A stretch of DNA of 64,000 nucleotides from NCBI GenBank assembly GCA_013239625.1, contig MU054338.1, positions 1,800,001 through 1,864,000 on the forward strand. The letters are read 5' to 3'. The notes beneath the pieces were generated by a model, which worked only from the letters and a program-made list of their open reading frames with translations, had not been told where the DNA came from and searched no databases. Positions 11,611 through 23,740 of this stretch are shown piece by piece (the stretch's first letter is position 1; the number at the start of each line of letters is the position of its first letter). The stretch comes from Lama guanicoe. Lineage: Eukaryota. The translations under genes were made by a program, and so were the position numbers.

Positions 11611-13212
11611 GGGACACCTGCACTTCAGCTGGGGCAGCAGATCTGTCAGGAGAGGGTGGACAGAGCCCCAGTCGCCCAACTGTCAGCTTGGGGTGGTGAC
11701 CATGCGCAGTGACTCTCCACATCAGAAAAACAGGGCTGAGCCCCGGCTCAGCGTCAGGTCCCCTTGGAGAACAAGCCCTCTCTCGTGGACATCTGCTTGC
11801 CACCCAGATGGCCCAGGCAGCGCCTGTGACAGTCTCACGGTCTGAGCCCTTGAACAGGCGTCCTGGGTCTGCTCTGTCCCTGAGTCCAAGTCCTGGTCGT
11901 GGCGCCTGTACCCGGTCTCAGCTCAGCCCAGCTGTGGCTCCGGACACGGGCAGGTTCCAGCCGGGAGCTTCGCGATAAGCAAAGCAGTGGCCTGCCACTA
12001 ATACTTTTGCCCCCCACTTTCCCCGACTTGAACAACCTCTCTGTTATGAAACTAATAATGTGTTTATACCGTTTATTATAAATAATAATCATAATTTATT
12101 ATAATACTGCAACGATGCTATTATAATTATTATATAATAGTACAAATATATTATTTAATAAATATAAACCAATATTTCATACTCATTTTTTATTATCCAT
12201 TCTTTGTAATAAAACACCAAGCCATTACCATGTTTTTCCTTCTTATTTCCTTGCAAATTTGCTCAAACCCTTGCAGTGAGTTGGCAACGACAGGGTTAAC
12301 ATTAAAGCTGGAGTCGGGGAGCCAGCTGGAGCCAAGGGGCCAGTGCGGGAGTTTGTAGCAGCTGCAGTGGCGGGGACTAAAGGCAGGTTTTCTCCTGCTC
12401 TGCTTAAAGTTTTGCGGCAGCCCTGGGTGCTAATTAAACATTTGTCCTCCCGCTGGGAGGAACAGGCAGCAGGGACGTGGAGTACGTTTGGGCCACGTCC
12501 ATGCTGCCCCTTGGGGATGCCTGAGCCCTTCCTCCTCCTGGAGGAGAGAAGAGACCACGTACACCACCAGCACTAGCTTTTTATTTTATTATTATTTTCT
12601 CAATCCCCCTCACTTTAACCAGAGTGACCCAAACCTTCCAGGGGGCCCAGCACCCCGCCTTCCTGGGGTTGGAGCTCTTACTGTCAAATTCCACGGGTGA
12701 ATTTTCCTTCTGGGGACAGCCAGCAGCCCATCTGGCCAGACACCAAACACCCCCACCCCTTCATCCTACCTTTCCCAAACTCTGCCCTCCCCCATTTCTG
12801 GGCTGGGGCGGGGCGGGGGCTGGGGGGCTTCAAATCCCATGGCTTCCTCCTCTGTGCCTTGTCACGTGGAACGCCAATTCAGGGCCCCAGAGAACCGGTC
12901 TCCAGGACCTCAGGTTCTGGAGGGCCTCCCTGGTCAGACATGGAGACACAGAGCCACAAATAAGCTGGGGCAGAGTCTCAAGCGGGTGGGTCATTCTCAC
13001 GGCCCCAGAGGTTAGAATCAGCAGTTCGATAAGAAACAGGAAGGGTGGGCGCTGGTTGTCTCTGCTGCGCCTACCGCAGCCCCCCGGGTTGGAAGCCACA
13101 GAGTGGTACCTACGAGTACCACGAGTAGGATCCGACTTCTCCATCCGAACTTCCTCCTCTGGATGCGGGTTGGAGAGCATCCTTCTTGAGCAGAACTGAC
13201 ATGGTGTTGTAG

Positions 13213-13638
<426 letters not shown>

Positions 13639-13654
13639 TGAATTTAAAAAAAAA

Positions 13655-14630
13655 TTTTTAACTGTGGTAAAATATATATAGCATAAAATTAGCCTTTTTA
13701 ATAATTTCTGAGCATTCAATTCAGTGGTATTAATTACACTCACAGTGTTGTGCAGCTATCACCAGTGCTTCCAAAACTGTTTGATCACCGTAAACTGAGA
13801 CCGTGTATTAAACACTGACACCCTCCCCGTCCCCCCCTCCCAGCCCTGGCCCCACCGTCTACTTCCTGTCTCTATAGATGTGACTCCTCTGGGTCCTCCT
13901 GTGAGTGGGATCAGACAGTGTTTGTTCTTCTGTGTCTGGCTTGTTTCACTGAGCATCATGTCCCCAAGGTCCATCCATGTTGTAGCAGGTGTCAGAATCT
14001 CCTTCCCTTCTAAGGCTGATTTACACTCCAGTGTGTGGATGGACCACATTGTGTTCATCCATCACCCACCAGTGGGCACTTGGGTTGTTTCCACCTTTTA
14101 GCTGTTGTAAATTGTGCTGCTGTGAACACTGACGTACAAAGATCTCTTCCAGTCTGTGATTTCACCTCTTTTGTGTCTGTTCCCAGAAGTGGGATTGCTA
14201 GATCTTACAGTGATTCTATGCTGAGCTTTTTTCTTTTTTGTAACTTTATTATTTTTTTCTTTCAATTGGAGCTAGTGGGAATTGAACCTGGGACCCTGTG
14301 TTTACGAAGCATGTGCTCTACCGCTGAGCGACACCCCTCCTCCCTTACCTTGAGCTTTTTGAGGATCCATCAAACTGGTTTCCATGGCATCTGCCACATT
14401 TTACATTCCCACCAGCTGGGCATGAGAGTTCCCATTTCTCCACATCCTTGCCAATACTTATTTTGTTTCTTCCTTTTTGAAAAACAATCACAGCCATTTT
14501 AATAGGTGGTGAAGTGTCACCTCACTGCCGTCTTGATTTGCATTTCCCCGATGACTGATGAGGTCGACTGTCTCTTTATGTGCTGGTTCAACATTTGTCT
14601 CCCTTTGGGGAAGTGTCAGATCCACATTTT
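13655..14630 (-). mobile_element. Old L1 (L1MB-like) 3' region, interrupted by a SINE
   Basis: Antisense ORF2 tail MWSIHTLECKSALEGKEILTPATTWMDLGDMMLSETSQTQKNK. Confidence 0.85.
14232..14350 (-). mobile_element. tRNA-derived SINE inserted in an L1
   Basis: A/B boxes on the minus strand; TSD TGAGCTTTTT at 14222-14231 and 14351-14360. Confidence 0.85.
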
Positions 14631-14701
14631 TTAAGTTAGGAGAATAAAATCTTCGGAGTGGTCTGCGGGCCGCCCCTTCCAGGCACCCTTGTCTCCCCCA
14701 G

Positions 14702-14890
14702 AGGCCTCGACGCGGGGCCCTGGCGCTGGCGCAGCGGGCGGTGCGGCGCCCCTGGCACACGTCCCTCCGGTCAGCAGTCCCTGTCCGCCGACGGCATGCT
14801 CCCGCGTTCCTCCAGCGCTGCCTTTCCCCCGGGCTCGAGGAGAAGCCATGTGCGTGGCGGGGAAAGGAGCTCCCCAGGCTTCTTGTTCGG
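14702..14890 (+). CDS. ZNF554: ZNF554 linker exon
   Basis: AG 14700-14701, GTAAGA at 14891; 189 nt, phase 1-1; ends KGAPQASCS like human KGTPQASCS (recalled). Confidence 0.85.
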
Positions 14891-15398
14891 GTAAGAACCG
14901 GGCAGATCTGAGCCACTGGGGCGGGGGCAGCTGCCCGGGGACTGTTGGCCAGAGACCCCCCCACAGAGGCCCTCGTTGGAGAAGGCCGAGCTCCTTGGCT
15001 GTACTTGCCCCCGTACCTTCAGCTCATCCTCCAGCCCCTTTCTCCTTCCATAAACCAGCGTCTACTACCCCACTTTGGGTACAGAAAAAAATAACATCCC
15101 ATGTCCTTCTGGAAGCCATTCTGCCTGTGTTTCTGTTACATCTCTCCACTCTCTGCTTCCCTGATAATTCTTCTTCTCTCCCATTTTAATTCCCCCTTCT
15201 TTCTAGAGAAGTTCCTTCTATGTCTCCACCCCCTACCCAGCAGACTGACCCATCTTCCCTTCGCCTAGCCTTCCCCCGTGTTCAAAGCTGACGTTTGAAC
15301 ATGAATCCACATGTGCCTTGTACATCTTAGAAATCCTTTCATGCCACCGTTCTTAAGTTAGAAGTTTCTTTCTTCCCCCGCCCTTCAATTTATTTCAG

Positions 15399-16588
15399 GT
15401 TGGGAGACTAAACTGAAAAGCCAACAGTCAGTTTATAAGAAGCTGGTTTTGGCAGAAGAACCACCTGGTGATACGAATATTATAAAGCTCCCCAGAGAAG
15501 ACCAGGGATGTGGTCAACTTGAAGAGATACATGAAGACCCCCAGAGGCTTTTGAGGCAAATGGGGTACATCCAGGTAGAGGCATTTGCTCAAGAGAAGGC
15601 TACTGCCTGGTATGAATTTGGGGAACACTGCAATCCGAGCTCAGAGCTAGTTATATCACAGGGAGGTTCTATAGAAAGACATTTCCATGATGGTGACTTA
15701 GCTGTTGAGAGTTTGGTGTCTGATCCATTGTTAAACCATCATCAGTTGGGATACACAGACCAGAGACGTGGTGAAAGTGTGAATGCGTTTGGAAAAGATC
15801 TCAGGCAAAACAGTCACCTTATTCCACATGGAAGAACTCAAACAGAGGGGAAAGCTTCCGCACGTGCAGACGGTGGGAAATCACTTCTCCATGGCAGGGC
15901 CCTTACCACACACAGCAACGTTAACACAGCCGAGAAGCCCTACGAGTGTCGGCAGTGTGGGAAGCTGTTTAACCGGAGACATTCCCTGAGTGAACATCAG
16001 AGGATTCACACGGGAGAGAGACCATACGCGTGTCAGGAATGCGGGAGAGCCTTTACGCACAGCTCCACCCTCACTCGCCACCTGAGAACTCACACTGGAG
16101 AGAAACCCTACGCCTGCAGGGAGTGTGGGAAAGCCTTCAACAGAATTTCGTCCCTCACCCAGCATCAGCGGATTCACACGGGGGAAAAGCCCTATGGATG
16201 CAAAGACTGTGGGAAGTCCTTCTGCCAGAGCTCTTACCTGATCCTACACAAGAGAACGCACACAGGCGAGAAGCCCTATGAGTGTAATGGATGTGGGAAG
16301 GCCTTCAGCGACCGTTCATCTCTCAACCAACATGAGAGGACGCACACGGGCGAAAACCCCTATGAGTGCGACCGGTGTGGCAGGGCCTTCAGCCAGAGGT
16401 CTTCCCTGGTTCGGCACGAGAGAACCCACACTGGAGAGAAGCCGTATCGCTGTTGTGAATGTGGGAGAGCCTTCAGCCAGAGGTCTTCCCTTCTCACACA
16501 CCAGAAAGCTCACACCAGCCAGAAAACGCATAAGATAATTGATTGCGGGGAAGCTTTGTCTCAGAGCAGCCACCTCGTTGGGTTTTAG
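15399..16588 (+). CDS. ZNF554: ZNF554 zinc-finger exon, 7 C2H2 fingers
   Basis: TTTCAG acceptor; helices [45 protein letters not shown] and the KIIDCG tail match ZNF554; joined CDS 1539 nt = 512 aa. Confidence 0.96.
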
Positions 16589-17439
16589 AGCTTGCCTGCT
16601 GCCTTGTGAAGTACTTAGCACTCTCCCATGTAAGTACGTTCAGACTTTGCCCAGTGACGTACTGCTTGAGAAGAAGCAGGCTTATGCCACACTCTTGAAG
16701 GAAAGCCCTGAGGTCCAGAGCTGTAAAGGGACCTTTTAATGGGGAGAAATTGCCATTGAGCTAAACCCAACGAGCTCCGCCCTCTTGGGAGAGATTGGTA
16801 AATGGGTAAACGCTAACAAGGATTGAGATTTTGCTGAGATTTTCCACATTAATTTCGTGATACAAACAAAGGTATTCTGTTTCAACTTTTTGTTTCAAGA
16901 ATCTGTTGAATATCTGTTCAGTATGTTCAATAATATTTTGCTCAGTCATTCTGCCCCTGTTGGTCACTTGGGTAAGTCCTGACTCGTCTCACGCACCACC
17001 ATGGCAATGCAGAGCATGTGCTGAGATAAAAACTGCTTTGGATGCAGAGAGAAAAGTAGAGAGTGCAAAATATGTGTAATTATATCCAGTGAAGTCAAAA
17101 TACATACATACATGGGAAAAAGCTGGATGGGGATGTGAGAAATGACCGTGCTTACCTTGTCAGGGTCTTCTGGTTATGTGTGATTTTTTCTGCCCTTTGT
17201 CATTTTGTTTGGTATTGCATTTCGACCACAAGTAAAAAACAAATGGCCCCCAAGGGCTATCGAGTGTCATTGATACAGTTGGGAAGAATTGTGGATACCA
17301 GGGTGTGGCAAGGAGACAGGGCGGTAGATCTCAGCACGTGGAGAGGTGAAGTGACCTTCGGCGGCCTGGGGAGAGTCCCAGTGCTGAGGGGACTTGCCAG
17401 AGTAGAGACCAAAGTGTGGATGTACATCGTACTCATGAA

Positions 17440-17640
17440 CATGTATTGGGTGTTGACTGTGTTCCCGGCACCACTCTAGCACCTGTGTGTGTTTTCCTCA
17501 TTTCACCTTCTCAGCAGCCCTGTGAAATAGTAGCCACTCAGGTCCCCACATTGCAGAAGCGGAAAGAGAAGTAAGGTATCTTGCCCGCAGTCACCCAACT
17601 AGAAAGTCGTGGGATCTTGACTGGAACTTGAGCAACCCAT
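17440..17640 (-). mobile_element. MIR SINE
   Basis: CTCATTTCACCTTCTCAGCAGCCCTGTGAAATAG...CTTGCCCGCAGTCAC. Confidence 0.55.
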
Positions 17641-18199
17641 GCCAGGCCAAGGCCGTGTTTGCAAGGAGGGATACGAGGGAGCTGGGTTTTCCAGATCGCC
17701 CCTTAAAAGTCACCAACTCTCGTGGGAGCCTTCCCCCCTTCCTGGAGCTAGTGAGAGAGGTTGCCTGTCAGAGCTCCTCTCACCAGAGTCGGACCTGATA
17801 ATGTGAATACCTTTGCCTTTCTGTAGAGGTCCCCCAGCTGGGGTCTGTGCGGACTGACTCGGTTGATGGGTACGTTTAAGGGCTGTGTAAACAACCGTGA
17901 GCTGGATGCAAAATGTGTTTGGGGGCATACATATATTTTCTGGGGAAGCATCTTTAGGCTTCATCATATTCTTAGGAACCCTTGGATTAGAGATGTCTTA
18001 AGTGCACTACTTTCCAGTTTTCAGTCTTAATCACCTCCTCCCTCCCTCCAACAATTATTTATAGAAACCCTGAATTCTTTGTTTTGCCAGGTGGCTGTGG
18101 ATAAGACAGAGAAGGTGTCTGCCTTCGCTAAAGATAATGTCCCGTGGTCAGGAAATGGGATAGCTCCGTGAAGGGCATTGGATTTGTGTAGACACCCAA

Positions 18200-18333
18200 G
18201 GCTCTAGCCTTGGAAATGTCCTGTGATTGGTTTAATACTCTGCAGCACCTGTCTTCACATTCTCAATCATTTTGAACAACACCCCCCCATTTTAATTTTG
18301 CAGTGAGCCCTGCATGTTACGTAGCCAGTCCTG
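18200..18333. mobile_element. hAT-type DNA transposon relic (MER53-like)
   Basis: TTTTGCAGTGAGCCCTGCATGTTACGTAGCCAGTCCTG resembles the recalled MER53 end. Confidence 0.5.
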
Positions 18334-18964
18334 TGAGGGCTTGAGGGCCAGGGACAGATGTTACTCAGGGAGGGCCTTTCTGAGAACCTGATATTTCATT
18401 TGAGGGGCGAGTCATTGGAGGATCCAAGGTGAGGAATTTAGCCAGAGGACAGCCTCTGTTAGCTTTGTGTTCACATTTGGTTTTATGATCATTTAAAAAA
18501 ATGTTTACAGTTTGTGTTTCGATTTCTCTGACTCAAAAGTGTTCTTTACACTTCTGGGGGTTTAAATATCCTTTCCTCACTCTTTAAAAACAAACTCTTT
18601 TTCTTGTCCTATTGCACTGGCTCTGTCCCACAGCAGTGTTGAGTAGGAATGCTGAGAGCGGACCTCCTTACTCTGACCCGGACCTTAAGGTTAAAGCATT
18701 CAGTCTCACACCATGGAGTACGATGTTCACTGCAGGGTTTCATAGATGCCTTTCATCAGGGTTCATTTATGAAGCTTCTGCTTTTATTATGCTGTGGTCT
18801 GAGAGCGTGTCTAGTCTTCTGAGTCTCTGAAATTTACTGAGACTCGCTGTGTGGTTTACCACGTGATTGAGTTTTATAAGTATTTTGCAGATCTTAAGAA
18901 GAAGCTGAATTCTCTGCTTCTATGATTTGGAACCTGACCTGTCTATTCCATCAACCTTATAAAC

Positions 18965-19100
18965 CAGTGGTTCTCAAATTTCTTGTCCGGGGGTTCAGAC
19001 TTAGTAAGTGGGACCTGGAGCCCATTAATATGCATTTTTAAGTAGCTCACCAGGTGCTGCACTGCTGCCCCATCTCTTTCAGTCACACTTTGAGAAACTG
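18965..19100. mobile_element. hAT-Charlie MER5-type element
   Basis: Terminal inverted repeats CAGTGGTTCTCAAA / TTTGAGAAACTG. Confidence 0.7.
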
Positions 19101-20399
19101 CCAACCCTTCACTGTCCTCAGTTTGTTGACTAAGACAATGGGCTCAAGAGAACTGTTACCATTTCCTGTTGTGCTTAATCTCCCTCAGGGCTTACTGTCC
19201 ACTGTTTCTGCTTCACCTTTTTTGTTGTTTCTACTTCGTTGTGTTTTCTTTTATTTGGGGTAAATAATTCATGGCAGGTCTTCGTTGTGAATTATACCCT
19301 TTGTCATTTTGAAGTGATCTCTTTGTCTGCTTTAATTAATAGCACAGGCCGCTCTCTCTGACTCTGACCCTCCTGCCTCCCTCTGATAAGGACCCTCTGA
19401 TGACACTTCCATCCCTTAACTTCACCCTACCTGCAAAATCCCTCTGCCACCTGCAGGGCCTGGTGATTAGTATGTGGATATCTTTGGGGGCCTTTATTCT
19501 GCTGATCACAGTTACCCTTTGATATTTGCTTTGTGAGGTGGGTCGAAATGCTGCAAACCACTTTTCTACTTTGCCAGCAGCTTCGGCTAGTGGGAGAGAG
19601 GACGGAAGGCGGGAAGAGGGAGAAGAATTTGCTCCTCACTGTCCCTCTCAGGCCTTGTGGATTTGAGAACGTCTTTGTTACCTCTATGCGGGAATAACCT
19701 CCCAGCGAGGCCTAAATACCAGACAGGAGTGCTCCAGGTCTAGGCCAGGACCCAGTCTTAGGGCAGGCTTCTAAACTCCATGCTGATTTATTATTAATCC
19801 ATATTTTAAAAGCATATATTTTTATTTTTAATAGGTTATAAATCCGAAGAGTCATTTATTTTTGCCTTGAACTTTTTAATATATTACATTTCTAAACACT
19901 GTTTATGAAAACATCTAAAATCTTTCTGGAAACCACAAAAAAGGAATTTTTAAAATAAAATGAAATGTGATAGAATTTGGGCATCCACTCAGTGTCAAAT
20001 GATAGCATGCTTTCTAAAAGAAGCAGGCATATTAAATGCATTAGGGGCTTAGCCCACTTCCATTAAGTGTATTCAGAGTCTTCAGGTCCATCCCAAATTC
20101 ATATAAGCTTTTGTCGTCGTTTTTTATCAGCTAACGTGGGAATTCAATTGCCTCAGGGATATCATAGCCTTTGAAAAAATAAAACCCTTTAAAAAATATT
20201 GTGCAGGCCCCATGTGCTCAGTATTTCTTGATTGAGTGAAAAAAAAATATTGTGACAGAATATACATAACACGAATTTTACCTTCTTAACCATTTAAAAA
20301 AGTACAGTTCCGTGATATTAAGTACATTCACACTGTTACGCAGTATGAGAACTGTTTCATTTTCAGAATTCTCTGGGGATGGACTAAAAACCTAATCAG

Positions 20400-21620
20400 A
20401 CATGAATTTCCGCGCTTGTAAAATGCACACCTGGGAACTGTGGCATCGCACACCTGTAGCTGTGCTGAGACCAGGCCTGCACGGAGGCTGGGGCCTCGAG
20501 GTCCGACTTCCCACGGGGTCAAAGGTCCCGGGGCTCGCTGACCTCAAACCCCAGAGGCAGGGGCGGAGCCTCCCGGTGTCAAAGGTCACACGTCAAACTC
20601 GAGCCAGACCCTGACTTGAGTGTGACGTCACTGTGCGTCTTTGTTGTTAAACAAAAGGCACGTTTTCACGGTGACCTCGCCCCCAGGCAGACCCCTGACC
20701 CCGGAAGTCGCTAGACACCCCTGGCCCCGTCCCGTTGCTTCCAGTCCCGGCACCGGACAGGGGACGCTCCTCCGGGAAACTGAGTCAGGTCCACGAGGAG
20801 GACGAGGAAGGGCCGCCGAGCTGAGGGCGGGGGCCGGGTCATTCCCGCCAGGTGCGGGTTCTGCTCGGAGCCCACGTCCGGAGCGGGCGGGTCAGCTACG
20901 TGAGTCCCAGAGGCCTGTCACTCAGTAATAGGGGGCGAGCATGTGAGGACTGTCCAATCAGGGGACAGGGGCGGGGTCCGGGGAACAATCAGGCACGCAA
21001 GGGCGGGGTCCGGAGAACTGTCCAATCAGGGGCGCCAGGGTCGGGTCTCTGGAAACCGCCCATTCAGGGGCTCGGGCAGTAGGAATGCCTTCAGCGCTGT
21101 CCAGTCAGGGCGGCGGGGCGAGGAGCATTCTCCAATCAGGATCTCGTTGGAAGGGAGTGCCCGGAGCACGGCCCAATCAGGGCCGGGGGTTGGCGCGCTC
21201 CAGCCCCAGTGCGCGTCGTTCCCTGCAGGCCGTGGCGCTCGTGAGCACCTGCCCCGCGGGGCCCCGGGTGTCTGGTCTCTGTCGCTTTCACCTGCCCGGG
21301 CCGCGGGTAGGACGGTGCGAGAGCCCGGAGCGGCGCGGAGATGGTGAGTGCGCGGGGCCGGGGCCTGAGACCGAGAGGGGCTGGCTCGAACCGGCCGGAA
21401 CCGGCTGAAAGCGGTCGCGGGGTGGGGTCCCGGCTCGTGGGTCCGGCGTCTCAGGACTGCCTGCGTGACCCAGGTGGGCACAGCTGCCCTCCGCCGGGGG
21501 CGTCGGGGATGTTAGTCCCTGGGCGACTCCTCCTGGCGGCAGTCTGGGGGAGGGGGTCCCGGAGACCTGCTCAGGGGCCCTGTGCTGGGAGGGGCTCCCG
21601 GTAGGGCCTCTGTCCTTGGT
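20400..21620 (+). promoter_or_regulatory. ZNF555: CpG island promoter of ZNF555 with CCAAT-box array
   Basis: DR1-like sites 20516-20528 and 20576-20588; CRE TGACGTCA 20623-20630; ETS CCGGAAGT 20701-20708; AP-1 TGAGTCA 20781-20787; seven CCAAT or CCAAT-like boxes 20954-21177 with GC boxes. Confidence 0.88.
21341..21343 (+). CDS. ZNF555: ZNF555 ATG-only first coding exon
   Basis: gagATG|GTGAGT at the end of the CpG-island exon; phase 0 fits the KRAB exon and gives MDSVVFEDV. Confidence 0.88.
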
Positions 21621-22952
21621 GAGCCCAACCCCAGTTCTCATCCCCTGGAGGACTCTCGTCAGCTGACCGACGCCGGTATTGAAAGGAAAAGACAGAAATG
21701 ATTCCTGTCCCCTGAGTTCTCCCGGAGAAGGGGGAAAAACTAACCCAGAGGTCAAGGAAAGGCCACCCATGAGGTGGGGGCCGTACCCAAGGTCCCCCAA
21801 GCAGAATTCATCGGCGACACAGCGGGGACACAGCCGGCGTCCTTTGTTCTGGGAGCCTTTCAGTGAGCAGTGGCGGTGGGCGCCCCGCGTGGCAGCGTGG
21901 CTGCTCTTGGCCCTTGAGTCCTCTGTGTCTGTTCCGATTCAGCGCTGCCCCTCCCTGGGCTTGTAGCCTTGGAAAGATGTATTCAGTTACTGGAACCTCA
22001 GATTTTCAGCAAATGTAAAATACATTTAATTAATACAGCAGGAAGCATAAGATAACATATTTTCAAAGGGGTGAATTTCAGGAAGAAATAAAAGAAAAAA
22101 AGAAAATGTCTTACATCCCATTTGTTAAACATTCTTTTTCATCTCCAGTTTGTAGTAAGTGTCTCAGGTCTGTTCTTTAGAGTGGTAACAAGTGGAATTC
22201 CAGGGCTTAGCCTCCAAAGTCCTCCTGAGGAAAAGAATGTCCGGGAAATAGAAGACCCCCCCCTTCCTGTGCGGCTGCGAAGCGAATACCATAGCACAGT
22301 GGTGAAATTGGCGCATTTTAAAGATCCCCCAAAATACCAGTTATTTAACTGAGACAGCAATAATACTGTTGTTTCTTACAGTCGACAAGGCACTTTGTTT
22401 AATCTGCAATAAGTTGACTACTGCCCATGGATGAGGTGGGAATGCAAGCTGCTTCCTCAGATACCAGTTTGTTCTGTGCCGTGTATTGAGGTGTCTTGTT
22501 TCTGCCGGGCTTGGAGTGGCCGCCCTGTCCTGAATCGGGTCTCCCCGTGGACACAGGCCTGTGTCGGGCTCCGTTCCTTTCCAGACCCAGCTGTCCCTGC
22601 TCTGCCAAGCCCATCGTGTTGGGAGTGCTACTGCTTTAAAGTCCTTGCTCTCGCCTGGCTCTTCAGAATATTTTGGCTGTTTTTGGACATTTGTTCTTAC
22701 TAGGTTTGCAAAGTATTTTATTAAGACTCGAGGCCTGTCTTGGGAGGGTGGGGAATTGATGTCTTGGTAACACTGAGTTATTTTAAAGAATATGTGCCAT
22801 CTTTTCATTTATTTCATTTTGCTTTGTTATTATCCTGAATGTTTAAAAAATTTTCTAGTAGGTTCTTTGTATAGCCTTAATTAAACTTATTTTTGTAAGA
22901 GTTAAATTAGGTTTTTACCATGGTATCTGTTATCTTTTTAAAGTGAATTTTC

Positions 22953-23108
22953 TTTTTTTTTTTTTAACATTTTGATAGGTTTTTTTTGGCAGGGGGGAGG
23001 TGATTAGGTTTATTTATTTATTAATTTTAATGGGGGTACCAGGGATTGAACCTAGGACCTTGTGCATGCTAGGCACGTACTCTACCAGTGAGCTATACCC
23101 TCCCCACC
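22953..23108 (-). mobile_element. tRNA-derived SINE
   Basis: tRNA-like head and poly-A tail; 14-bp TSD TAAAGTGAATTTTC at 22939-22952 and 23109-23122. Confidence 0.9.
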
Positions 23109-23169
23109 TAAAGTGAATTTTCCAACTTTCTAACTGCTGCCATTGATTAGAAAGATAATGGCATTTATT

Positions 23170-23740
23170 TTATTTATGTTTTTTATTGAAGTACAGTCAG
23201 TTGACAATGTTGTGTCAGTTTCTGGTGTACAGCGTAATGTTTCAGTCGTACATGTACATATGTATATTCCTTTTCAGATTGTTTTTCATTATAGGTTACT
23301 GCAGGATGTTGAATGTACTTCTGTGTGCCATACAGTAGAAACTTGTTGTTTATCTATTTTATATATACTAGTTAGTATTTGCAAGTCTGGAAATCCCAGT
23401 TTATCCCTTCCCACCCTCTTTCACCCCTGGTAACCATAAGTTTGTTTTCTATGTCTTGAGTCTGTTTCTGTTTTGTAAATGAGTTCATTTGTGTCTCTTT
23501 TTTTCTTTTTAGATTCCACATATTAATGATATCATATATTTGTCCTTCTCTGTCTGACTTACTTCACTTAGTGTGATAATCTCTAGGCCCGTCCATGTTG
23601 CTGCAAGTGGCATTATTTCATTCTTTTTTATGGCTGAGTAGTATTCCATGGTGTATATATCACATCTTCTTTACCCAGTCATCTGTCGATGGACATTTAG
23701 GTTGTTTCCATGTCTTGGCTGTTGTAAATCGTGCTGTTGT
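23170..23740 (-). mobile_element. Younger lineage L1 3' fragment within older L1 relics
   Basis: GGCATTATTTCATTCTTTTTTATGGCTGAGTAGTATTCCAT and 3'-UTR motifs. Confidence 0.85.

Noticed and set aside
20954..21177. Repeat-spacer pattern superficially like a CRISPR array
   Set aside because: Mammalian DNA, repeats of only about 9 nt, related spacers and no cas genes; explained as CCAAT boxes.
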